Source: an uncultured delta proteobacterium
GTDB lineage: Bacteria; Myxococcota_A; Polyangia; Polyangiales; Polyangiaceae
Assembly (NCBI GenBank): GCA_963806225.1
Contig: CAWDXG010000001.1
Location: 1,184,001-1,248,000 of the forward strand
Length of the DNA: 64,000 nucleotides
Direction: 5' to 3'
Shown here: positions 10,296 through 21,242 of the stretch, piece by piece
How the letters are laid out: each line of letters opens with the position of its first letter
How positions within the stretch are numbered: position 1 is the stretch's first letter
Program-made: the position numbers and the translations under genes
Notes under the pieces: generated by a model
What the model saw: only the letters and a program-made list of their open reading frames with translations
Told to the model about the DNA's origin: nothing
The model's database searches: none

Positions 10296-10946
10296 GTGTT
10301 TGCGACGCCATTCCCGGACTGGGCTGGGTTCTCGCTCGTGACGACCCACATCCTGGAGCACGAGCAACCCGACGCCACAGAGTTGGCAAGGCTTTCGCCG
10401 CACGCGCTCGCCGCGCGTCGTGAAGCCTTCGCGCTCGGACGCGTGGCCGCCCGCCGGGCGCTGCGGCTGCTGGGGCACCCGGAGGTCCCGATTCTGCCCG
10501 GGCCCGATCGGGCACCTCGGTGGCCACCCGGTTTGCTGGGATCCATCACGCATGCAGCAGGTCTGGCGGCCGCCGTCGTCGCTCCGATCACGTGTACCGG
10601 TGGTGTCGGGCTCGACATCGAGGACATGACGCGCATCCCCGACACGAAGATCGCGAGACTGGTGAGCGATCGCGACGAGCGGCGGTGGATAGGTGGTCGC
10701 ACTGAACGTCTCGTGAGCCTCTTCTCGGCCAAGGAGTCAATTTTCAAGGCGCTCTATCCGCAGCACGGGGCGTACTTCGGGTTCGAAGCCGTGCATCTCG
10801 AGCGACGCCCGTGGGGCTTCGAGGGCACGCTTCGCACAATGCTGGGCGACTGGCCTGCCGGCAGCCGCTGCGCGGTCCGCTCCGAGGAATGCGGCGGGCT
10901 GGTGATGACGAGTGTATGTCTGCCTCCATCTCCGCCACGCAGATGA
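10296..10946 (+). CDS. 4'-phosphopantetheinyl transferase (EntD/Sfp-type)
   Basis: RR.AF.LGR.AAR.AL, P.WP.G..GSITH, GVGLDIE, FSAKES.FKA motifs. Confidence 0.92.
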   Translation: MFATPFPDWAGFSLVTTHILEHEQPDATELARLSPHALAARREAFALGRVAARRALRLLGHPEVPILPGPDRAPRWPPGLLGSITHAAGLAAAVVAPITCTGGVGLDIEDMTRIPDTKIARLVSDRDERRWIGGRTERLVSLFSAKESIFKALYPQHGAYFGFEAVHLERRPWGFEGTLRTMLGDWPAGSRCAVRSEECGGLVMTSVCLPPSPPRR

Positions 10947-11036
10947 AGTTGTCGTGCGAACCGAACGCCGGGAAGACGCCCTCTGGTGCCTGGGTGCAGC
11001 GCTACGCGGTGCAACGCGATGCCCCAGGGCCGAGCG

Positions 11037-11810
11037 CTAGGGGTAGGTTAGTAGTTCTGGCTCCCGCGCTGGACCCGTGTCCGGTTCCCACAACCACAGC
11101 GCCATGAGCTCTGCACGGCTCCGGACGCCCAGCTTCCGGAAGACCCTGACGATGATTCGGTGAACCGAGCCGCTGGCGAGGCCGAGGGCGCTGGCAATTT
11201 CTCCCTCGGAGCGTCCACTCAGCAACAGTGACGAAACCTGGCGCTCGCGATTCGTGAAGGGCTTGGCCCCCGATAGAACTCCAGTGCCGAGTGCCAACCA
11301 GCGAAGGTACCTTGCCACCGCCCGGAGATCCTCGATTAACGCCTGCTCGTCGGCCACGACGAATTCGTCCTCGGCTCGACCGAGGACGACGTAGACCTCC
11401 GAGCTCTCGCTCGTCGGATACGCACCCACCATGCGATCGCGCTCACCCAGCCCCGCGAGGTCCGCGCCAACCAGCGAGACTGGACAGTCGTCGCCGAGCA
11501 GGGCCCGCACGCGGAGAGTCCGAGGCTTGCCGGGCTCTTCGAGCAGCTTTCTGAGCTGGACGCATTCTGCCAGGTCACGCTCCGTGTACCAGCGCTTGGC
11601 GATCTCGCGCCGGCTCTCCAAGCCTTTCGGGAAGAAGGAGATGACGGGTGACCATCCGAGAGTCGCTTCCTCATGGCGTCGACCCACCGTGATGGTTGCC
11701 GACGACGCGTCGTACGTCTCCATCCACTCGACAAGGAGCGGCTCCGCAATGCGGTCGAGCTTGCCCGGACTGACGGTCGAGAGCAGGCGCAGCAACTGTT
11801 CGCGAGGCAT
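11037..11810 (-). CDS. LuxR/NarL-type C-terminal HTH transcriptional regulator
   Basis: FTNRERQV..LL..G.S..EIA..LG.....V......VFRKLGVRSRAEL; N-terminal domain not recognised; start uncertain. Confidence 0.8.
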   Translation of the reverse strand: MPREQLLRLLSTVSPGKLDRIAEPLLVEWMETYDASSATITVGRRHEEATLGWSPVISFFPKGLESRREIAKRWYTERDLAECVQLRKLLEEPGKPRTLRVRALLGDDCPVSLVGADLAGLGERDRMVGAYPTSESSEVYVVLGRAEDEFVVADEQALIEDLRAVARYLRWLALGTGVLSGAKPFTNRERQVSSLLLSGRSEGEIASALGLASGSVHRIIVRVFRKLGVRSRAELMALWLWEPDTGPAREPELLTYP

Positions 11811-11819
11811 CGGAGGGGA

Positions 11820-11837
11820 TACTACCATTTGGTAGTA
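11820..11837. promoter_or_regulatory. Palindromic operator box 1 (TACTACCA-TT-TGGTAGTA)
   Basis: Perfect 8-bp inverted repeat just upstream of the luxR-like start. Confidence 0.55.
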
Positions 11838-11961
11838 CTGGAGGCCCGTGCCGGGAGCGGGCGGCGGTCGCTGTCGCGTTCGCGCCGCGCTGCCGACGCA
11901 TCCTCGACGAGCCCGCCGATCTTCACTTTCGCACACCGCTCCTGTTCCGCGAGAGTCGAGT

Positions 11962-11979
11962 GACTACTGTTTCGTAGTA
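11962..11979. promoter_or_regulatory. Palindromic operator box 2 (GACTACTG-TT-TCGTAGTA)
   Basis: Same ACTAC-N6-GTAGT core as box 1; lies upstream of the GNAT-racemase-pfa operon, next to a possible -35 (TTGGCA). Confidence 0.5.
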
Positions 11980-12053
11980 TTGGCATGCTGCGATCGGCGG
12001 CGTATTGCTGCTGTATTCTGGCGACCGTGTTGACACTAGCGAAGGCTGCCCGA

Positions 12054-12815
12054 ATGCTCGCAATCGAGCCCCCGGTGGCAGCCAAGGTACTGCACTCGGC
12101 CCTGTTTGGTTGGCGCGACACTGCGACACTGACCGAAGAGGACTTGGAGGAGATCTGGCGATTCTCCAGTCGGTTCTTCGACCGATCGCGAGAAGACTAT
12201 CTGCGAATGATCCGGGCTGCCGACGAGGTGTGCGTGCTGCGTCGAGAGTCGGAAATCGCTGGATTCGCAGCGGTGCGCTACTTCGACGTGCGTGAGGACG
12301 GCCGGACGCATCGGCTCATTCACGGGATTACGATACAGCTCGCACCGGAGCTACGAGGCCACCACTTCTTCTTGCTGGCATCCTTGTCCAGGATCCTGAG
12401 AAGCCGCCTGCGCGCTCCCACCGCCAGCTTCTACGCATTCTGGAGCGCTGGGACACCCGCCACCTACATTCAGGTCTATCGAGCCTGCGCCGAGATCTGG
12501 CCACGCCCGAATGTCGAGACTCCGACGTTCATCGAATCGCTTCTCGAGGCTGCGGTCCGGTCCCTGGGCTACGACGACTGGGCAGCCGCTGACCGCGTCA
12601 TCAAGCGGCAGGGTGCGGTCAAATGGAAGAGTCACGGGCGTGACGCATCCGCCGAGGCCCAGGCGCTCGTCGACTGGTATCGCGAACTCAACCCGGACCA
12701 TGAACACGGTGCCACGCTGTGCTGCATCGTCCCCCTCCACCTGAAGAACACAACGCGAGGCATCCGGCATGCCCTACGGGGAGCGATACGACCTCGCTCG
12801 CGACGGGAGGAATAG
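12054..12815 (+). CDS. Putative GNAT-fold acyltransferase-like protein
   Basis: EIAGFAAVRYFDV...IQLAPELRGHH acyl-CoA-loop-like motif; IWPRP..ETP and Y.ELNPDHEHG..LCC.VPL C-terminus; stop 5 bp before the racemase; start uncertain. Confidence 0.55.
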   Translation: MLAIEPPVAAKVLHSALFGWRDTATLTEEDLEEIWRFSSRFFDRSREDYLRMIRAADEVCVLRRESEIAGFAAVRYFDVREDGRTHRLIHGITIQLAPELRGHHFFLLASLSRILRSRLRAPTASFYAFWSAGTPATYIQVYRACAEIWPRPNVETPTFIESLLEAAVRSLGYDDWAAADRVIKRQGAVKWKSHGRDASAEAQALVDWYRELNPDHEHGATLCCIVPLHLKNTTRGIRHALRGAIRPRSRREE

Positions 12816-12820
12816 AACGG

Positions 12821-13606
12821 ATGACCGCGGCGCGCACAGCCGTGAGCCTCCAGATCGGCATCGTTGGCGGAATGGGTCCAGCCGCGGGCTTCGACTTCGC
12901 TCGCCGAATCGTCGAGTTTTCGGGTGCATCGTCGGATCAACAGCACTTCGACGTGACTGTCGTGTCCGCGCCGGGGCTCATCCCGGACCGAACAGATTTC
13001 TTGTTGGGAAGGACCAGTGAAAACCCCGCGTTCGGGATCGTTTGCTGCCTGGAACGACTGGCAGCAAGTGGCGCACAGATCTGCGCGCTCGCCTGCAACA
13101 CCTCTCATGCCCCCGCCATCATCGACGTCGTGTACGAGCAGCTGGAGCGACGTGGACTCGGCATCGAGCTTCTGCACATGGTCGACCTGCTCGCACGCAG
13201 GCTCGCGAGCCAGACGAGCCGCGTCGGTGTGATGACCACCGAAGGAGCGTGGCGCGCCCGCGTCTATCACGATGCGTTCGATCGACACGGCATCCAGGTT
13301 CTCGACGGAGGCAGCGCCGTTCGCGCGACCGTCCATCAGGCGATTGACGATCGACAATGGGGGCTCAAGGCGCGCTCGTCACCGGTTCACCCCAGCGCGA
13401 GCGAGCGACTCCACCGGGCGCTGGGAAAGCTGGCCGATTTGTCCGTCGGCACGGTGGTCCTCGGCTGCACCGAGCTGCCACTCGCGCTTCCGGAATCGCA
13501 CCTGTTCGGAGTCGAGCTCGTCAACCCCGCCGCGCTTCTCGCGGAGGAGCTCGTGCTGCGTGCGACCCATCGTCCACAGGTCCAGTCGATAGCGTCCGAG
13601 CTCTAG
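12821..13606 (+). CDS. Aspartate/glutamate (cofactor-independent amino-acid) racemase
   Basis: IGIVGGMGP, IPDRT, ACNTSH and LGCTEL; both catalytic cysteines present. Confidence 0.92.
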   Translation: MTAARTAVSLQIGIVGGMGPAAGFDFARRIVEFSGASSDQQHFDVTVVSAPGLIPDRTDFLLGRTSENPAFGIVCCLERLAASGAQICALACNTSHAPAIIDVVYEQLERRGLGIELLHMVDLLARRLASQTSRVGVMTTEGAWRARVYHDAFDRHGIQVLDGGSAVRATVHQAIDDRQWGLKARSSPVHPSASERLHRALGKLADLSVGTVVLGCTELPLALPESHLFGVELVNPAALLAEELVLRATHRPQVQSIASEL

Positions 13607-13639
13607 CGAGCAGCCCGGCAGACGCCCCGCGTTCCTACC

Positions 13640-15307
13640 GTGCCCCAGGTCCAGTCGTACACCCAATCCGACCCGCTTCCCGCTGTCGGCGCGTGGCGCG
13701 CAGGTGAGACCGCGCCGGCCTTCGACCCGGCCTCGTTGCTGGCGGCGATCCACAGCGTGCGGTCGCCGCTGCACGTCGTGCGCGAGTCGCCGCAAGGTCG
13801 CGTCGGCGTCGGCGTAGGCGGTGAGGTCGAACCGCTACGATTGTCCGACGGCAGACCGGCGTATCCACTGCTAGCCACGCTGCCCGCGCTCTACCCGGAG
13901 TGGCTCGGCGATCGCGGCTTCGGCGAGACTCACGGCGTCCGCTTCCCCTACGTGGCCGGCGCGATGGCGAACGGCATCGCCACGACCGAGCTGGTGATCC
14001 GAGGTGGCGCACGCGGCATGCTCGGCTTCTTCGGCGCGGCCGGCCTCGGCTACCCCCAGGTGGAGCAGGCCCTCGACGCGGCTCGAGCCGCGCTCGGCGG
14101 CGCCCGTCTCGCGCTGGGGCGATGAACCTGATCCACTCCCCGAACGAGCCCGCGCTCGAAGACGCGGTGGCCGACCTGTAGTGCGTCACGCGGCGTGCGG
14201 CGGGTGTCCGCCGTCGGCCTACATGGCGCTGACCCCGGCCATCGTGCGCTACGCGGCGAGCGGGCTCGCGAACCGACGCTGACCGGTCGCATCGCAGCGG
14301 CACACCACGTGTTCGCCAAGATCTCCCGGCCCGAGGTGGCCGGCACTTCATGTCCCCGGCGCCCGCCGCGATCCTCGACGCGCTCGTCTCGCAAGGCAGC
14401 TGACCGCCGAGCGAGGCCGCAGCTGGCCCGACACGTGCCGGTCGCCGAGGACATCACCGTCGAGGCCGACTCGCGGCGGCCACACCGACAACCGGCCGCT
14501 GGCCGCCCTGTTCCCGGTCATCGCCGGCTGCGCGACGCGATCGCCGCAGCAGCACGGCTACGCCCGGCCGATCCGCGTCGGCGCCGCCGGCGGCCTCGGC
14601 ACGCCCGCGGCGGTCGCCGCCGCCTTCGCGCTCGGCGCCTCCTACGTGCTGACCGGCTCGGTGAACCAGAGCGCCGTCGAGTCCGGCCTGTCCGACGACG
14701 GCAGCGCGATGCTGGCGCAGGCCGGCCATCGCCGACGTCGCCATGGCGCCGGCGGCCGACATGTTCGAGCATGGGCGTCAAGGTCCAGGTGCTCAAGCGC
14801 GGCACCATGTTCGGCCCGCGGGCGCACCGGCTCTACGAGCTCTACCGCGCCTTCGCGGCCTCGACGCGATCCCCGGCGGCCGAGCGCGCCAAGCTCGAGA
14901 AGGAGATGCTCGGCGCCGCCGCTGCGACGAGGTCTGGGCGCGCAACCCAGCGCCTTCTGGCGACGAGCGCGATCCGGCGCAGGTCGAGCGCGCCGACGCG
15001 CGACCCCAAGCACAAGATGGCGCTGGTGTTCCGCTGGTACCTCGGGCTGTCGAGCCAGTGGGCGATCACGGGCGAGGCGACGCGCCGGCTCGACTACCAG
15101 ATCTGGTGCGGCCCCGCGATGGGCGCCTTCAACGACTGGGTGCGAGGGCTCGTTCCTCGAGCCGCCCGAGAACCGCACGCGTCGCGCAGATCGCGCGCAA
15201 TCTGATGGAGGGCGCCGCCGTCGATCACGCGCGCCCAGCAGCTGCGCACCTACGGCGTCGCCGTGCCCGCGGCCGCCTTCGACTTTCGGCCGCGCCCGCT
15301 TGCCTAG
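13640..15307 (+). CDS. pfaD: PUFA synthase enoyl reductase (PfaD / myxobacterial Pfa1), several frameshifts as assembled
   Basis: YVAGAMANGIA, GFFGAAGL, NLIHSPNEP, AEDITVEADS, VLTGSVNQ, VKVQVLKRGTMF, KMALVFRWYLG, DYQIWCGPAMGAFN spread over several frames. Confidence 0.88.
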
Positions 15308-15340
15308 CCGACTCGACGAGAACATGTCAGGAGCCCGTCG

Positions 15341-18300
15341 ATGACGCCATTACCAACCAGCCGCCCATCGCGATCGTCGGCGTCAGCGCCCTGTTCCCGG
15401 GCTCGCTCGACACCACGGGCTTCTGGCGGGACATCCTCGCGGCGACCGACCACATCACCGACGTGCCGCCGAGCCACTGGCTGATCGAGGACTACTACGA
15501 CCCCGACCCGTCGGCGCCGGACAAGACCTACGCCAAGCGCGGCGGCTTCCTCGACCCGGTCGACTTCGACCCGATGGCGTTCGGCGTGCCGCCGAGCGTC
15601 GTGCCGACCACCGACACCGCCCAGCTGCTCGCGCTGATCGTCGCCCAGCAGGTGCTCGAGGACGCCGCCGCGGCCAGTTCCGCGACGATCGACCGCGAGC
15701 GGATCAGCGTGATCCTCGGCGTCGCCTCGGCGCAGGAGCTGGTCGGCGCGATGGGCAGCCGCGCTGCAGCGCCCGGTCTGGGTCAAGGCGCTGCGCGAGC
15801 CGGGCCTGCCCGAGGGCCAGGTCCAGGAGGCCTGCGACCGGATCGCCGACCACTACATGCCGTGGCGGGAGAGCACGTTCCCCGGCCTGCTCGGCAACGT
15901 GGTCGCCGGCCGCATCGCCAACCGGCTCGACCTCGGCGGCACCAACTGCGTCACCGACGCCGCCTGCGCCAGCTCGTTCTCGGCGCTCCAGATGGCGCGT
16001 CAGCGAGCTGACGCTCGGCGATCCGACCTGGTGATCACCGGCGGCGTCGACACGCTGAACGACATCTTCATGTACATGTGCTTCAGCAAGACGCCGGCGC
16101 TCTCGCCGACCGGCGACTGCCGGCCGTTCTCGCGATCGAGGCCGACGGCACGATGATCGGCGAGGGCGTCGGCATGTTCGCGCTGCAGCGGCTCGAGGAC
16201 GCCGAGCGCGACGGCGATCACGATCTACGCGGTGATCCGCGGCATCGGGCTCGTCGTCGGACGGCCGCGGCACGAGCGTCTACGCGCCCGCTGCCGAGGG
16301 CCAGGCGCAAGGCCCTGCGGCGCGCCTACGACGCGGCGGGCTACGGCCCGGAGACCGTCGAGCTGGTCGAGGCGCACGGCACCGGCACCAAGCGCCGGCG
16401 ACGCCGCCGAGTTCGCGGGCCTGCGCAGGTGTTCGACGAGCCGCGGGCGCGAGGGCCGGCAGTGGTGCGCGCTCGGCTCGGTCAAGTCGCAGATCGGCCA
16501 CACCAAGGCGGCCGCCGGCGCGGCCGGGCTGTTCAAGGTCGTGCTGGCGCTGCACCACAAGGTGCTGCCGCCGACGCATCAAGGTCGACCCGCCCAACCC
16601 GAAGCTCGAGATCGGGACGAGCCCGTTCTACCTCAGCACCAAGGCGCGGCCCTGGGTCCGCGAGGCGCGCGCATCCGCGCCGCGCGTCGGTCAGCTCGTT
16701 CGGCTTCGGCGGCTAGCAATTTCCACGTCGCGCTGGAGGAGTACACGCGGCCCGGCCGCCGGCCTACGGCTGCGACGCGAGCCGACGAGCTGGTCGTGCT
16801 CACTGGCGCCGAAGGCCGCCGCCGGGTCGCGCCGCGGCGTCGCAAGGCGAGCGGCACAGGCAGCGAACGGCATGCTCGCGCTTCCTCGCACGCCGCAGCC
16901 AGCGCTCGTTCGAGCGCGTCGCACGGGCCGCCTCGCCGTCGTCGCCAAGGACGATGCCGATCTCGCGCCGAGGCTCGAGCGGCGGCGGAGCCGTCGACGA
17001 CGGCACGCCTTCGCGACGCCGGACGGGCAGTGCACTTCGGCGTCGGCGCGCCACGAGCGGCGACGTCGCGTTCCTGTTCCCCGGCCAGGGCAGCCAGTAC
17101 GTCGACATGGGAGCCGGCTGTCGCGATGCGCTTCGGGACGAGGCGCGCGCAGTCTGGGACCACGCGGCCGACCTCGACGGTCGGTCGACGAGCCGCTGCA
17201 CGAGGTGGTGTTCCCGCCGCCCGCGTTCGACGACGAGGAGCGCGAACGCGCAGCGCGACGAAGCTCACCGCCACCGAGTGGGCCCAGCCGGCGATCGGCG
17301 CCACCAGCCTGTCGCTACCTGCGCCTGATGCGCGAGCTCGGCGTCGCGCCCGCGGCCGTCGGCGGGCCACAGCTTCGGCGAGGTGATCGCGCTGCACGCG
17401 GCGGGCGTGCTCATCGCGAGGAGGAGGCTCTGCGGGTTGCACGCGGGCGCGGCGAGCTGATGGCACGCGCGGCGACACGAACCGCCGGCGCGATGAGCGC
17501 CGTGAGCATGTCGGCGGAAGATGTCCGCACCAGGCTCGACGAGTGGCGCCTCGATGTGGTCATCGCCAATCACAACGCGCCGACCCAGGTGGTACTCAGT
17601 GGTCGAACCGAAGCCATAGAGATGGCGGAGGAAAAGCTCGCGCAGGAAGGCGTGCAGTTCCGGCGGCTGCCGGTTGCGACGGCGTTCCACTCGAGTGTGG
17701 TGTCGGGTGCCACGGAGGGGTTCGGCGAGTTGCTCCAGCGCGTCGAGCTATCGCCTCCCTCGATTCCGGTCTTCGGCAACAGCCAGGCAGCGCCGTATCC
17801 GGGTGACCCGGAGGCGATCCGTTCTACTCTGGCAAACCAGCTCGCCGCTCCCGTGCGGTTCGTGGAGTCCGTCGAGGCGATGTACACGTCCGGAGTCTGC
17901 ACGTTCGTGGAGGTGGGCCCGGGCTCGGTGCTCGGTGAGCTGATCGAACGGATCCTCGCGGGACGACCGCACCTGGCGGTATCGCTCGACCGCAAAGGCG
18001 CCAACGGGCTGACCAGCCTCAACCGTGCTCTCGCGCGGCTGGTGGCCGCGGGGGTACCGCTCGACCTGGCCCGGCTCTGGCAGACGTTCGCGCCGGTATC
18101 GGACCCGCGGACCGACGAAAGACCCCGGCTGACGCTGAAGCTTACGGGCGCAAACTACGGCAAGCACTACCCGCCTCCCGACGGTGCCAGGGGGTTGCCG
18201 CCGCCGAACCCAGAAACGGCGCCGCCGGCCGGGACGAAGACCGCGACCACGACGACGAAGCAGGAGGCGCAGCGAGCGTCGGTCCAGCAGCCCGCGAGCG

Positions 18301-21242
18301 CTTCCGCAGCACACCGCGAGGTAGCACCAGCACCGGACGCCCCAGCGATGCCACCGCCGCCGCCACCGGTGGCTCCGGGAGCAAGCGGAAACGCGTGGGC
18401 AGGCGCGTACCACGCGATCCAGGCCAAAGCCATCGAGGCGCACACCGCGTACACGCAGGCGATGGCAGCCAGCCACGCCGCCTTTTTGCAGGCGCAGGCC
18501 CGAGCCCTCGAGACTCTGCCCGCCATGGTCAGGCAAGACTCGTTCCACCTGGAAGTCCCTACGACGCCGCAGGCCCCACGGGCGGGCTTCGTCGCGGCCT
18601 CGCCGACGACCTCCGCCGCAGCGCCTGCACCGGAACGACGGACGTCCCCGCCGCCCCCCGAGACCAGCACGCCGGACGAGTCCGACCTGACCCAGCTCCT
18701 GCTCGAGGTGGTCGCCGAGAAGACCGGATACCCCATCGACATGCTCGACCTCGGCATGGACATCGCTGGCGACCTCGGCGTCGACTCGATCAAGCGTGTC
18801 GAGATCCTCGCCGCCGTGCAGGACCGCGTCGCGGACCTGCCCGAGATGGATCCGCCGAGCTCGGCAAGCTCCGTACGCTGCAGGAAATCGTCGACCGCAT
18901 GAACGCGGGCGGATCGGCCGCCAACGCGGAGTCCGCCGGCGTGACCCCGCCAGCCACGCGCTGGGCTCTCCACCTCGAGCCAGCCGCAGCCACGGGCTTC
19001 GCGCTCGCCGGGCTCGGCGAAGCCCGGTCGAATCGCCGTGGTCGACGGCGGCTCGGGTATCGGCGCGGCGCTGGCCGAGCGGCTCGCCAACCGCAACGTC
19101 GCCGCCCGCGCAGCCGCGCCCGACGAAAGCTGCGACGGTGTGATATTCCTCGGCGGCCTCGCCGAGCTCGACAGCGTCGACCACGCCCTCCGCATCCAAC
19201 GCGACGCGTTCGCCGCGGCACGCACAATCGCGGCCCGACCCAGCGTGTTCGTGACCGTACAGGACACGGGCGGAGACTTCGGGATGCGCGGAGCCGGCGA
19301 GCGGGCCTGGCTCGGGGGCCTGCCCGGCCTCGCGAAGACCGCTTCGCAGGAGTGGCCCGAAGCCGGGGTTCGCGCGCTCGATGTCGAGCGGGGTGGGCGC
19401 GATGTCGACGCCATCGCCGATGCCATTGCCTTCGAGCTATTGCACGGCGGCTCCCGCGCTGCGGACGGCGGCATCGAGATTGGCCTACGTGCCGACGGCT
19501 CGCGCCACACAACGGCAAGCGTCCCGGCGCCGGTCACGCACGGCACGGCGCGAGTCGACGACCGGTCGATCCTGGTCGCCTCCGGCGGTGCGCGCGGGGT
19601 CACCGCGGCCGCGCTCATTGCTCTCGCCGAGGCCACGCGGGCTCGCTTCGTCCTGCTCGGTCGTACACCGCTCGAAGACGAGCCCCCGGCGTGCGCCGAC
19701 GCCCAGGACGACGCATCTGTGAAGCAGGCGCTGCTCGACGCCTCGCGGGCCGAAGGCGCAACGCTCTCGCCTGCCGAGCTTGGCGCCCGCGCCGCGCGCA
19801 TCCTGGCCGCTCGCGAAGCGAGACGCACGGTCACGGCCATCGAGCGCGCTGGAGGCCAGGCGCGATACATCGCAGCGGACGTTTGCGACGGTGACGCCGT
19901 CGGCGCTGCGCTCGCCGAGGTGCGTCGGGCGTGGGGCCCCATCACGGGCATCGTGCACGGGGCCGGAGTGCTGGCCGACAAACGGATCGCGGACAAGACC
20001 CCAGCGGACTTCGACCGCGTTTTCAACGTCAAGGTGCGAGGCCTGCAGACTCTGCTCGATGCGACGGCCAACGACCCCATCACGACCTTGATCGCGTTCT
20101 CCTCGGTTGCTGCTCGCCGCGGCAACACGGGCCAGTGCGACTACGCGATGGCGAACGAAACGCTCAACAAGGTCCTTTCCGCGGAGGCTGCTCGCCGGCC
20201 TGGTGTGTTCGCGCGCAGCCTGGGCTGGGGGCCCTGGGCTGGCGGCATGGTGACCCCCGCGCTGCGCGTACACTTCGCCAGACTCGGGGTTTCGTTGATT
20301 CCCGTGGAGGACGGCGCACGCATGTTCGTCGACGAGCTGACCGACCCGGGCACCGATGTCGAGCTGGTGCTGGGCCAGGAGCCGCGCCCCGGAGGACTCG
20401 CGGGTCGCGAGAGCGCCCCGGACCTCGAGCGCGCTCATTCCCTCGTCATCGACCGTGCGTCGTTCCCTGCGATCGCCGACCACGTCGTCAAGGGCAAGCC
20501 CGTGTTGCCCCTCGCTCTCGTGCTCGAGATCTTCGCGCGCGCCGTTGAAGCCACGCGGCCAGACCTCGTGTTCCACGCCTGCGAACACGTGCAGGTGCTG
20601 CGCGGCGTGCCCCTCGACGGCTACGACGGCCCCGGTGACTGGTTCACGGTTCGCGTCAGGCCGCAGTCGAACGGCGACCGCGCGATACTCGGCCTCGAGC
20701 TGGTCGATGCCGACGGACAACCGCGCTACTCCGCGCGCGGCGTCGCCATGCCAGAGCCGGCGAGCCCCGGCAAGATGCCGGAGCGCCCGCCGGGCCTCAC
20801 TCCGTTCGACGGCGTCGTGTACGACGGTGTCACGCTGTTCCAGGGGGGCGCCTTCCAGGTCATCGTCGGTGCGCCGGACTTCGGCGACGCGGGCGTCGAG
20901 GCCGTGCTCCAGGGGGCGGCAGCGCGCGGTTGGAACGAGGGCGCGTGGCAGACCAATCCGGCGCTTCTCGACGGCGGGCTCCAGCTTGCGAGCCTGTGGA
21001 CTCTTCAAGGAGAGGGCGGCATCGCGCTCCCCACGTCACTGGGCACGTTCCGGCGGTTCTCGCGGGGACTCGCTGTGTCGCCGCTGCGGGCACGACTCGT
21101 CGGCACGACACGCGCCGCTGACCGCAGCCTTTGCAGCATCACGTTCGTCGACGCTTCGGGTGCGGTCTTTGCCGAGCTCCGCGGAGTCGAGATGCACGTT
21201 CTCCCCGGCGCGCGTGCCCGCAGCGCCACGGCGCGAGCCTGA
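15341..21242 (+). CDS. pfaA: PUFA synthase PfaA / Pfa2-like (KS-MAT-ACP-KR-DH), several frameshifts as assembled
   Basis: [99 protein letters not shown]. Confidence 0.88.
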
